Positions 17,831 to 26,457 of a stretch of 39,839 nucleotides of DNA are shown one piece after another. The notes beneath the pieces were generated by a model. It was not told the origin of the DNA and searched no databases. It worked only from the letters and a program-made list of their open reading frames with translations. How positions within the stretch are numbered: the stretch's first letter is position 1; every line of letters starts with the position of its first letter. This DNA is from Chloroflexota bacterium (GTDB lineage: Bacteria > Chloroflexota > Limnocylindria > Limnocylindrales > CSP1-4), in NCBI GenBank assembly GCA_046732155.1, contig JBKPMM010000183.1:1-39839 (forward strand). Direction: 5' to 3'. The position numbers were made by a program, and so were the translations under genes.

Positions 17831-17836
17831 AGTCTA
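17831..17836 (-). promoter_or_regulatory. -10-like TAGACT, 7 nt upstream of the hisS ATG 17823; uses the TAG stop of the upstream gene
   Basis: The reverse strand reads cggcTAGACTtccgccgATG. Confidence 0.4.
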
Positions 17837-19291
17837 GCCGGGCGTTGCGGCGCGGGAGGGTCGAGCGAGGTCGAGCGCCGAGGCCGCGAGCTCAGCGACT
17901 TCCTCTAGCCGGGCCAGGGTCAACGGATCATGAAGTCGTCCGTCGATGCGAGGCCCCAGGAGGATGGCACGCAACGGGCCGTGACCGGCGATGGGCAGGC
18001 GGACGACCGCTGCGACCGGCCACGAGCCAGCCGTCGCCACAGGCGCATCGTCCCCGTCCACCACGGCGCCGCCCGTAGCCTGCAGCTCGCGTACGGCTTC
18101 ATGGATCAGCCTCTGCGCGGCGTGCTTCGGCTCGAGGACACCGAGGACCTTGACGATCTCTTCGCGGTACGCGCCGAACTCGAGGTGCTCGTATTTGAAC
18201 CGCCGATCGACCACCGCCTCGAGCCGCTTCCGGATCGGGGCATAGGCGGTCGCGACGACCAGGGTGGCAAGCACGATCGACGCGTCGGACTTGTCGCCCG
18301 TCGTCGCGATGAACACGCGCTGGGCGAGCCCGACCCCCGCCGTGAAGATCCCGGCCAGGATCGCCGTCAGCGACCCGTACACGAGCGTGCGGTTGATCAA
18401 TCGGTCGATCTCGTAGAGCCGGTAGCGCGTCACCGCGACGCCGACCGCGATCGGCAGCAGCGACAGGAAGGCGAAGGCGACCTCCCAGGCCCGGTCGCTG
18501 ATCCAGCCCAGCTGCGGCGCTGCGACGATGAATGCGAGCGCGACGAATGAGCCGAAAAGCCCGATCCAGCGGATCTGCGCCTGCTCGACCCTGTCACCGC
18601 GGCGATAGCGCAGGACGAGTGAGAACGCGGCCAGCAGGGCCGCTGCCAACATGCCGATATTCCCGACGACCGTCAGCGCGTCGCACAACGCCGTGTACTG
18701 CTCCGGCAAGCCGAACGGGTTCGGGAGATCGGGGAAGTTCTGATCGCCGAGCGTTCCGGGGTGGAAGGTCGAGCCAACCATGAACATGGCCAGGCCGACG
18801 AACGCGAGCACGACGACCCACCGCCAGCGGGGGTCGAGCAGGTGGTCAGTCGGGAAGAGGAGGAGCAGCAGCGTCGTGCACGTCGAAAGGACCGGGACCA
18901 TGAAGAACTGCGAGATGACAAGCGCTTCGAAGGCGTACGGATACACCGGCGGCGGCGGCATCCCTATCGCGCCGTAGCCATACGTCACGAAGCCGAGACC
19001 GAGACCGATCCCCATCACGATCATCAGCCATGCGACGCGGGTCCTGGGGCGTCGCTGGACGATCAGCGCACCGACGACCGGGTACAGGAACGTGGTCATC
19101 ACCGGCGCGATGCTGCCGATGTCGAGACCCACGTAGAAACGTTGGTCGCCGGCGGTCCCGAGACGGATGATCACGAGAGTGAGGAAGACCCCGAGGACAG
19201 CGAGGCCGGTCGCGAGCCGAGCCAGCCAGCGCGCGTTGCGCGCGCCTGCATCGACCCTCCCCTGCTCGATCATCGCGGAGACGTCGGTCAT
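17834..19291 (-). CDS. Multi-pass membrane sensor-like protein without a recognisable output domain
   Basis: About 9-10 TM segments. The juxtamembrane motif RYRLYEIDRLINRTLVYGSLTAIL...VDRRF resembles the N-terminal modules of many high-GC sensor kinases. The roughly 110-aa C-terminal soluble part is GAF-tail-like, and no HisKA/HATPase domain is present. A strong SD (GGGAGG twice) precedes ATG 19291. Confidence 0.7.
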   Translation of the reverse strand: MTDVSAMIEQGRVDAGARNARWLARLATGLAVLGVFLTLVIIRLGTAGDQRFYVGLDIGSIAPVMTTFLYPVVGALIVQRRPRTRVAWLMIVMGIGLGLGFVTYGYGAIGMPPPPVYPYAFEALVISQFFMVPVLSTCTTLLLLLFPTDHLLDPRWRWVVVLAFVGLAMFMVGSTFHPGTLGDQNFPDLPNPFGLPEQYTALCDALTVVGNIGMLAAALLAAFSLVLRYRRGDRVEQAQIRWIGLFGSFVALAFIVAAPQLGWISDRAWEVAFAFLSLLPIAVGVAVTRYRLYEIDRLINRTLVYGSLTAILAGIFTAGVGLAQRVFIATTGDKSDASIVLATLVVATAYAPIRKRLEAVVDRRFKYEHLEFGAYREEIVKVLGVLEPKHAAQRLIHEAVRELQATGGAVVDGDDAPVATAGSWPVAAVVRLPIAGHGPLRAILLGPRIDGRLHDPLTLARLEEVAELAASALDLARPSRAATPG

Positions 19292-19321
19292 GCCCTCCCG
19301 ACCTCCCGAATGGTCTGGCGC

Positions 19322-21676
19322 TTACCCCAGATCGCGCTGGACCGTGATCACATCCTTGAGATTCTCGATGCGGCTCATGACGCGCGCCAGCTGCGACACC
19401 GACGCGACCTGGAGGGTCGCGGTCACGACCGCTGTGTGGTCCTGGCTCACACCGACGTTGGCGGCCACGATGTTGACCTTGTTCTCCGCCACGACCTGGG
19501 TGATGTCATTCAGCAGCCCAGTCCGGTCGTACGCCTCGACGCGGATCGCGATCGGGTAGGTCTGCGCCGGCGCGGCCTCCCATTCGACCTCGATCAGCCG
19601 GCTCACCTCGCGCTCGTTGGCGACGGTCCCGCACGAGCGCAGGTGGACCGTCACGCCCTTGCCCCTCGTGATGAACCCGACGATGGGGTCGCCCGGGATC
19701 GGGTGGCAGCACTTGGCGAACCTCACCAGGAGATCGCCGACGCCCTTGACGCGGACGCCGCCCGCTCGCGCGAGCTGCGCGGGAGGCGCGACGGTCGGGA
19801 GCTGGCTCTGACCATCGTCGACGACACCGAGCCGCATGACGACCGACTGCGGACCGACCGCGCCGTAGCCGATCGCGGCGTAGAAGTCGTCGATCGTCTC
19901 GTAGTTGAGCTGCCGCGCGACCTCGAGGATCTTGTCCGCTCCGACCGACGAGATGCTCGCCCGGGCGAGCCGGCGCAGCTCCCGTTCGAGCGCTTCGCGG
20001 CCGTGGACGATGTTCTCGTCGCGGTCCTTGCGCTTGAACCATTGGCGGATCTTCTCGCGAGCGTGCGACGTTCGGACGACGTTCAGCCAGTCGCGCGACG
20101 GCCCGTGCTCGCCCTTGGTCGTGACGATCTCGACGATATCGCCGTTCTTGAGCCGGTAGTCGAGCGGCACGAGACGGTTGTTGACCTTGGCGCCGATCGT
20201 GCGGTGCCCGACGTCGGTGTGGATGCGGTACGCGAAGTCGAGCGGTGTCGCGCCGGCCGGCAGGTCCTTGATATCGCCCTTCGGTGTGAAGACGAAGACC
20301 TGGTCCTGGAAGATGTCGAGCTTGATCCCCTCGACGAATTCGGTCGCGTCGGAATCGGAGACGTCGCGTTGCCAGTCCATGAGCTGGCGCAGCCAGGCGA
20401 GCTTGGCGTCGTACTCGCGGTCGGACTTGGTCCCTTCCTTGTACCGCCAGTGCGCGGCGATGCCCACCTCGGACACCTGGTGCATCTGGTGCGTACGGAT
20501 CTGGATCTCGAGCGGCTTGCCGTCGAGCGCGATCACGGCGGTGTGGAGCGACTGGTACAGGTTGTTCTTCGGGACGGCGATGTAATCGTCGAACTGCCCC
20601 GGGATCGGCCGCCACAAGCTGTGGACGATGCCGAGCGCGGCGTAACAGTCGCGGACCTCGTCGACGAGGACGCGGATCGCGTAGACGTCGTAGATCTCGC
20701 CGAACTCTGCGCCCTTGCGCTGCATCTTCTTCCAGATGCTGAAGATGTGTTTGGGTCGACCCTGGAGGTCGGCCTCGATGCCGGCTGCCTCCAGGCGCGG
20801 CCGGAGCTCGCCGATGGCGCGGTCGATGTAGGTCTCCCGCCCCTTCCGACGGGTGTCCAGGAGCCGTGCCAGCTCGCGGAACCGCTCCGGCTCGAGCACC
20901 TTGAACGCAAGGTCCTCGAGCTCCCACTTGATCTGCCAGATCCCGAGCCGTTCCGCCAGCGGGGCGTAGATCTCCATCGTCTGGCGTGCGATCCGCACCT
21001 GCTTCTCCGACGGAAGGCCGTACAGCGTGCGCATGTTGTGGAGGCGGTCAGCCAGCTTGATGAGGACGACGCGGATGTCCTCCGCCATCGCCAGCAGCAT
21101 CTTCCGGATGTTCTCCGCCTGCTGCTGCTCGTGGCTGTGGGTCGAGAAGCGCGACAGCTTCGTCACGCCGTCGACCAGGTGGGCCACCTCAGCGCCGAAC
21201 CGCTCCTCGATGTCGGTCAGGCTGTATTCGGTGTCCTCGGGGACGTCGTGGAGGAGCGCGGCTTCGATCGCGGTCGGGTCGATGCCGAGCTCTGCCAGGA
21301 TCTGCGCCGAAGCGATCGGATGCGTGACGTAGGGCTCGCCCGTCGCGCGGCGCTGTCCTTCGTGCGCCTCGACTGCGAGGTCGAACGCCCGATCGATCCC
21401 GGACGGGTCGGCCGTCGGGTGATGCTCCGCGACCGAGTCCTTGAGCGCCGATCGAAGGGCCTCGAGATCGGTCGCACCGGTGGTCCCGGGCCGAGACGGG
21501 ACGGTGCGGCGAGGCCCGCGTCGCGCCGGCGTCTTCGCGGGTTTCTTGGCCGTTGCCGGAGGCACGACAGCGCCGCTGGCTGCCGCCGCGTGTCGAGCGG
21601 GCGCGGATGCACGTTCCGCGCTCGTCGTCGACGCCGCGGACGCGCTCGCTGGACTCTTCCCTCGTGTGGCGGCCAT
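19322..21676 (-). CDS. rel: Bifunctional (p)ppGpp synthetase/hydrolase Rel (RSH)
   Basis: HD hydrolase motifs (HDVPEDT), synthetase motifs (YQSLHTAV, RTHQMH), TGS (VFVFTPKGDIKDLPAGATPLDFAY) and C-terminal ACT. An 80-aa Ala/Pro/Lys-rich N-terminal extension is also present. Confidence 0.95.
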   Translation of the reverse strand: MAATRGKSPASASAASTTSAERASAPARHAAAASGAVVPPATAKKPAKTPARRGPRRTVPSRPGTTGATDLEALRSALKDSVAEHHPTADPSGIDRAFDLAVEAHEGQRRATGEPYVTHPIASAQILAELGIDPTAIEAALLHDVPEDTEYSLTDIEERFGAEVAHLVDGVTKLSRFSTHSHEQQQAENIRKMLLAMAEDIRVVLIKLADRLHNMRTLYGLPSEKQVRIARQTMEIYAPLAERLGIWQIKWELEDLAFKVLEPERFRELARLLDTRRKGRETYIDRAIGELRPRLEAAGIEADLQGRPKHIFSIWKKMQRKGAEFGEIYDVYAIRVLVDEVRDCYAALGIVHSLWRPIPGQFDDYIAVPKNNLYQSLHTAVIALDGKPLEIQIRTHQMHQVSEVGIAAHWRYKEGTKSDREYDAKLAWLRQLMDWQRDVSDSDATEFVEGIKLDIFQDQVFVFTPKGDIKDLPAGATPLDFAYRIHTDVGHRTIGAKVNNRLVPLDYRLKNGDIVEIVTTKGEHGPSRDWLNVVRTSHAREKIRQWFKRKDRDENIVHGREALERELRRLARASISSVGADKILEVARQLNYETIDDFYAAIGYGAVGPQSVVMRLGVVDDGQSQLPTVAPPAQLARAGGVRVKGVGDLLVRFAKCCHPIPGDPIVGFITRGKGVTVHLRSCGTVANEREVSRLIEVEWEAAPAQTYPIAIRVEAYDRTGLLNDITQVVAENKVNIVAANVGVSQDHTAVVTATLQVASVSQLARVMSRIENLKDVITVQRDLG

Positions 21677-21683
21677 GGGCCGA

Positions 21684-21692
21684 AGGATAGCA
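21684..21692 (-). promoter_or_regulatory. Extended -10 TGCTATCCT, 7 nt upstream of the rel ATG 21676; leaderless-type
   Basis: The reverse strand reads cgcTGCTATCCTtcggcccATG. Confidence 0.45.
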
Positions 21693-21712
21693 GCGGGTCC
21701 CGCTCGATCAGG

Positions 21713-22672
21713 TCAGATGTGACCCTCCTGGTCATCACGTCCCTCGGAGGGCGGCCCAGCGCGACTCTGCGGCTGTCGCCCATCGTCGCGATCCGAAACC
21801 AGCGCGCCGAGGTAGACGCCGGCCACGACGATGCCGACGCCGAGCAGCGTGCCGGGTCCCGCGGGCTCACCCAGCACGATGGCTCCGAGCGTGATCGAAA
21901 CGATCGGGGCGAGGACGAACTGGTACGAGACCACGGTCGCGGGCAGGCGATGGAGCAGATGGAGGAGCAGCAGGAACACGAGCACGGTGCCCGGGATCAC
22001 AAGGTAGGCGAACCACAGCCACGTGGCGGGATCCCGCGGTAGGACCCACGCCTCGCCCGCGCTCAGGGAGACTAGGAGCAGGACGGCACTGCCGACCGCG
22101 GTCCCGACCGCGTTCTGCCACAGCGGATCGATGGGCGGCAGGCGCTTCGACAAGATGCCGGCCGCGGCGAACGAGGTTGCGGCGCCGACCAACGCGAGGA
22201 CCGACGTCACCGGGACTTCGAGATGCTGCTGTGCTCCGAACACGACCGCGATCCCGATGAGCGCGAGCAGCGCACCGGCGATCGATCGCCCGCGGACCCG
22301 CTCGAGCCCGACTGACGCGGCAAGAAGCAGCGTGATCAGCGGCCCGAGCGCGAGGACCGTCTGGCCGAGCGCCGCAGTGGCATGGACGAGACCGACGTAG
22401 ACCAGCGCGAAGAACGCCGCGAACGCCAGAAGGCCGTACACGACCGAGCCGACGATCGCGCGACCGTGCGGAGGCGCCGGGCGCCGTACAGCGATGATGG
22501 CCGCGAAGATCCCGGCAGCAAGGGCGAAGCGGGCACCGGCGTTCCAGAAGGGCGCCAGTTCTCGATCCGTGAAGCGGATGGCCACGAGATTCGTGGCGAC
22601 GAGCACGACCAGGGTCGCGAACGCGACCGCGTTCGCGGGCGATGTGCTCGCTGCCATCCGACGGAAGGTCAC
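21713..22672 (-). CDS. EamA/DMT-family transporter, translationally coupled to murE
   Basis: 10 TM with two EamA halves. GTG 22672 overlaps the murE stop (GTGA 22669-22672). ATG 22657 is an alternative start. Confidence 0.8.
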   Translation of the reverse strand: MTFRRMAASTSPANAVAFATLVVLVATNLVAIRFTDRELAPFWNAGARFALAAGIFAAIIAVRRPAPPHGRAIVGSVVYGLLAFAAFFALVYVGLVHATAALGQTVLALGPLITLLLAASVGLERVRGRSIAGALLALIGIAVVFGAQQHLEVPVTSVLALVGAATSFAAAGILSKRLPPIDPLWQNAVGTAVGSAVLLLVSLSAGEAWVLPRDPATWLWFAYLVIPGTVLVFLLLLHLLHRLPATVVSYQFVLAPIVSITLGAIVLGEPAGPGTLLGVGIVVAGVYLGALVSDRDDGRQPQSRAGPPSEGRDDQEGHI

Positions 22673-24270
22673 CGACCCGTGAACCCTGCCCCCTTGAGCA
22701 GCTCCTTGGCGACGCGACGTTCATCCCAGGGCGTTTCGCCCGCGGCGCCGATGATCGAGCGTTCATGGCCCTTGCCGGCGAGCAGAACGATGTCTCCGGG
22801 GCGTGCCGCTTCGAGTGCCACCGCGATGGCCTCGCGCCGGTCCGGGATGAGCAGGAGGTCGTGTCCGCGGCGACGACCCGCGGCCTCTGCGCCTCGGGCG
22901 ATGTCGTCGAGGATCGCCTCACGGTCCTCACCACGTGGGTCTTCATCGGTCACGACGACGAGCCGCGCTCGCTCGCCGGCGATCCTCCCCATCAGCGGAC
23001 GCTTCGCGGTGTCGCGCTCACCCGCGGATCCGAACACCGCGATCAAGCGGCCGCCCCGTGCGGCGGCGGTCGGGGCGAGCAGGTCGAGTACCGTCGTGAG
23101 CGATGCCGGCGTGTGCGCGAAGTCGACGACGACGCCGAACGGCTGCCCGAGGTCGATGCGTTCCATGCGCCCGGGCACGACGTCGAGCCCGGCCAGGCCG
23201 TCGCGGACACGCGCGGCATCGAGCCCGAGGGCATCGCCCAACGCGACGACCGCCAGCGCGTTGTGGACGTTGAATCGCCCCCCGAGCCGAAGCTCGATCG
23301 TCGCGTCGCCCGCGGGCGTGACGATGTCCGCTTGGACACCGTCGCGATCCTCACTGACCCGCGTGGCTCGGACGTCGGCCGCCGATTCGGTGCCGTACGT
23401 GATGACGCGCGCTCCTGCGTCGCGCGCCGTCCCGATGAACAGACCGGCTGATGGGTCGTCCAGGTTGACGATCGCCGTCGCGGGCACGTGGCGGGGCTTC
23501 TGGGCGCCACGAGCCTCGCGCAGGCGGTCGAAGAGCGAGAGCTTCGCCTCACGGTAGGCCTCCCACGAGCCGTGGAGCTCCAGATGCTCGTGGGTGATGT
23601 TCGTCAGGATCGCGACGTCATAGACGACGCCGACGACGCGCTCGAGCGCGAGCGCATGCGATGTCGTCTCGATGACGGCCGCCTCATCTCCGGCACCGAC
23701 CATCGCGCGCAGGGCCGCTTGCAGCTCGGGCGCCTCGGGTGTCGTCGCGTGCTCGGCGTGGTCGTCGGTCCGGCCGCCGATCCTCGTCGCGATCGTCCCG
23801 ATCATGCCGGTCCGGACACCTGCGGCCTCGAGCGCCGCGACAGCCAGGTACGACGTGGTCGTCTTGCCGTCCGTACCCGTGATGCCGATCACGGTCAGCT
23901 GGCGCGACGGGTCGCCGAACCACCACGCCGCCGCGCTGCCGAGCGCGGGCCGGGATGCGTCGACGACGATCTGCGGGGCGGCGACCCCGGCGACCGGCCG
24001 GTCGACGATCACAGCCGCCGCGCCGGCCTCGATCGCCGCCGGGACGTAGTCATGCCCATCGACGCGAAGCCCGGGAACGGCGACGAACAGCATCCCGGGC
24101 CGAACGGCTCGCGAATCGTGGGTCACGCCGGTCACCTCGACCGACGCGATCTCGCTCATCGGGACCGGCCGGCCACCGGCCCGCGTCCCGCGCAAGCGGC
24201 CCTCGGACGACAGCCGCTCGACAAGGGTCGCTAGCGGCCGCTGCGCGGGTAACGCCCGGTCCGCGGTCAT
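22669..24270 (-). CDS. murE: UDP-MurNAc-L-Ala-D-Glu : diamino-acid ligase MurE
   Basis: GITGTDGKTTTSYL P-loop, THDSRAVRPGMLFVA, TNITHEHLELHGS, DFAHTP. The position-3 specificity motif reads DEDPR (22933-22947) where E. coli has DDNPR. Confidence 0.9.
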   Translation of the reverse strand: MTADRALPAQRPLATLVERLSSEGRLRGTRAGGRPVPMSEIASVEVTGVTHDSRAVRPGMLFVAVPGLRVDGHDYVPAAIEAGAAAVIVDRPVAGVAAPQIVVDASRPALGSAAAWWFGDPSRQLTVIGITGTDGKTTTSYLAVAALEAAGVRTGMIGTIATRIGGRTDDHAEHATTPEAPELQAALRAMVGAGDEAAVIETTSHALALERVVGVVYDVAILTNITHEHLELHGSWEAYREAKLSLFDRLREARGAQKPRHVPATAIVNLDDPSAGLFIGTARDAGARVITYGTESAADVRATRVSEDRDGVQADIVTPAGDATIELRLGGRFNVHNALAVVALGDALGLDAARVRDGLAGLDVVPGRMERIDLGQPFGVVVDFAHTPASLTTVLDLLAPTAAARGGRLIAVFGSAGERDTAKRPLMGRIAGERARLVVVTDEDPRGEDREAILDDIARGAEAAGRRRGHDLLLIPDRREAIAVALEAARPGDIVLLAGKGHERSIIGAAGETPWDERRVAKELLKGAGFTGR

Positions 24271-24274
24271 GCGC

Positions 24275-25402
24275 TCACCGCCCGACGATCCGATCGACGC
24301 GCGCGGCCACGCGGCCGATCGAATAGCGCGACGGTCGCATGACGCGCTCGTGCGCTCCGGTCATCGCGACCCAGTGGGCGCCGAACGAGCGCTTGTGCTC
24401 GTACAGACCCGCCATCGGGTGGCCCTCGCCGGGCTCGACGTGATCGGGAGCAGTGTCCACCCCGCCGAGGTCCATCTCATCGCATCCCTCGCGGATCGCG
24501 AGCTGGATCGCTCGCCAGCGGAGCAAGTGCATCACGCCAGGGTGCGTATCGCGGATGCCGCGCGGGTCGGCCGAGTGGACCGTCGAGAGCCGCGTCCCAT
24601 GGCGGTACAAGATCAGGCCGCCGAGCGAGCGCGATCGATCGCGAGGGTCGCGCGCATCGAGATAGACGAGCATCCCGGCGGCGAGGGCGGCCGACCACCA
24701 GTCGATGAATACGTCACGCGGACCAAAGCGGAAACCGCGTCGCTGGCCCGTCCCCTCGAGCAGCGTCGCGAACGCATCGAATGCCTCGCGTGGCGCGCCG
24801 GCCGGCCGTTCGAAGATGTCGTTCGCGACGGCGCCCGCCGTGTCATATCGCTCCACGAGGACGCCATCCCGTTCTGCGCCGGAGATCCGCTGCCGCGTGC
24901 TCTTCGTGAAACCGGCGCGGACCGCGGCGTCGTCCGTGCCCCTCGCGAGCGAGACGCTCACCCGGTGACGCGATGGCTGGATCTCGGCGATCGGATGGAA
25001 GCCGAGCCGACGAAGGCGCGTGCCGTACAGGGCATCGGATGCCGGGACCTCGGCATCGGTCGCGACGACGGCCACACCAGCCTCGACAAGCCAGTTCGCA
25101 AGCGCGTTGACGCGCTCCGCTGCCGCCTCGCCACCGTCGCTTCGATCGTGTGGATCGACCACCGGCCCGCGCGGGACGTACGCGCTCGAACCGCCGACGA
25201 TCGGGAACGACCGGAGGAGGACGAGCGCCGGATGGTCGTCATCGATCATCACGAACCGCGGCTGCCAGCCGAGCCGTGCGCGTTGCGCCGCCCAGACGCG
25301 GGACTGGTAGACGTGCCCGCCCGGGGAGCGGACGGCGCGATGGTCCCAATCGGCGATCTCGTCCTCGGTCGCCTCACGGATCGGAGCGGAGACGGCGGTC
25401 AA
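24275..25402 (-). CDS. FemAB-family peptidyltransferase, paralogue 2
   Basis: Shares the FemX-like pattern: GGHVYQSRVWA..., then FTKSTRQRI, then LILYRHGTRLSTVHSAD, then HLLRWRAIQLAIREG...DLGGV, then GLYEHKRSFGA. I start it at TTG 25402, which overlaps the upstream stop (TTGA). The listed start 25663 lies inside the upstream gene. Confidence 0.78.
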   Translation of the reverse strand: MTAVSAPIREATEDEIADWDHRAVRSPGGHVYQSRVWAAQRARLGWQPRFVMIDDDHPALVLLRSFPIVGGSSAYVPRGPVVDPHDRSDGGEAAAERVNALANWLVEAGVAVVATDAEVPASDALYGTRLRRLGFHPIAEIQPSRHRVSVSLARGTDDAAVRAGFTKSTRQRISGAERDGVLVERYDTAGAVANDIFERPAGAPREAFDAFATLLEGTGQRRGFRFGPRDVFIDWWSAALAAGMLVYLDARDPRDRSRSLGGLILYRHGTRLSTVHSADPRGIRDTHPGVMHLLRWRAIQLAIREGCDEMDLGGVDTAPDHVEPGEGHPMAGLYEHKRSFGAHWVAMTGAHERVMRPSRYSIGRVAARVDRIVGR

Positions 25403-26457
25403 TCCGCACCCTCGCCCGTGTACGCGCTCGCGCTCGATCCGCCGCTCAGCCCGTGACTGCGACGCGCCCACCACGTCCGCGCGCCGACGGCCGCGCCGTA
25501 GACCTGCCGACCGAGCCGATCGAGCACCAGATCCCAGGCCCCGATGTATCGGACCTCGCGTCCGCCGAACCCGGTCTTGAAGTGGGCGATCCCGCCGGTC
25601 GCGAGCCCCCACAGGTCGTACGCCTCCGCGCCGGCCTCTCTTGAGGAGCGGATCGCCTCCCACTTCAGAAGGTAGTTCGCTCGCGTGTCGGCGCCGGTCT
25701 GGGTCATGCCGCCGTACGGCTCGACGACGCGGGTTCCGGACCGGACGAGGAACAGCGTCGCGAGCGGCTCGCCATCCGCGGACTGGGCGAACAGCACCCG
25801 TGCGCGGCCGGATGGTCGGAACGCTTCCCAGACGTCGCGGTAGGCGGACTCGGCACGGATCAGGAACCCGGCGCGATCGGCGGTCTCGCGATAGATCCGA
25901 TAGAAGTCGCCGAGGCGATCGCCCTCAGCGTCGACCACCACGACGCCCGCCGACCGGGCCTTGTTCACGTACTGACGCCATTTCTTGCGCAGATCACCCC
26001 ACAGGGCATCCTCATCCGGGCGCAGGTCGATGACGCGCGTCGAGCTCGGCTGGATCGCCGGCGCAGGTCGCCAGCCGTTGGCCTCCAGGGCCCGTCGGGT
26101 CGCCCCGTCGGGGTCGTGCGGGCCGTCGATCTCCACCTCCGGGTCGATGCGCAGATGCGAGACACGCCCGGCGACACGCGGCAGCTCGGTGCGGACGGCG
26201 TTCGTGAAGGCCGCGAGTTCATCCGGGGACCAGCCGCCTCCGAGTGGCCCACGAGGCGCGTACGCGAAGGCCCACGGCAACGGTCGCGGGTGGCGCACGA
26301 GGATCTGCGCGCCGACGCGGTCCGTGGCGAGGAGGCGGTGCGACGACCAGCCATTCACGGCCTTCACCCGCGCCCAGCCGGTCGTCTGCAGATACGAGCC
26401 CGGTTCGCTGGTGTCGACGAGCGCGTCCCAGGCGTCGGGATCGGTGGTGGCCGTCAC
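25399..26457 (-). CDS. FemAB-family peptidyltransferase, paralogue 1
   Basis: GSYLQTTGWARVKAVNGW..., then LRKKWRQYVNKARSAG, then LFLVRSGTRVVEPYGGMT, then NYLLKWEAIRSSREAG...DLWG, then GIAHFKTGFGG. GTG 26457 overlaps the murJ stop (GTGA). Confidence 0.83.
   Translation of the reverse strand: MTATTDPDAWDALVDTSEPGSYLQTTGWARVKAVNGWSSHRLLATDRVGAQILVRHPRPLPWAFAYAPRGPLGGGWSPDELAAFTNAVRTELPRVAGRVSHLRIDPEVEIDGPHDPDGATRRALEANGWRPAPAIQPSSTRVIDLRPDEDALWGDLRKKWRQYVNKARSAGVVVVDAEGDRLGDFYRIYRETADRAGFLIRAESAYRDVWEAFRPSGRARVLFAQSADGEPLATLFLVRSGTRVVEPYGGMTQTGADTRANYLLKWEAIRSSREAGAEAYDLWGLATGGIAHFKTGFGGREVRYIGAWDLVLDRLGRQVYGAAVGARTWWARRSHGLSGGSSASAYTGEGAD

Noticed and set aside
18761-22042. 1093-aa plus-strand ORF, the longest in the window
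   Set aside because: It runs antisense to the 485-aa membrane gene, rel and the EamA gene, all of which have clear family signatures. Its product is dominated by Arg/Asp/His/Glu/Pro/Gly with no motifs. This is a typical shadow ORF from GC-rich third positions on the opposite strand.
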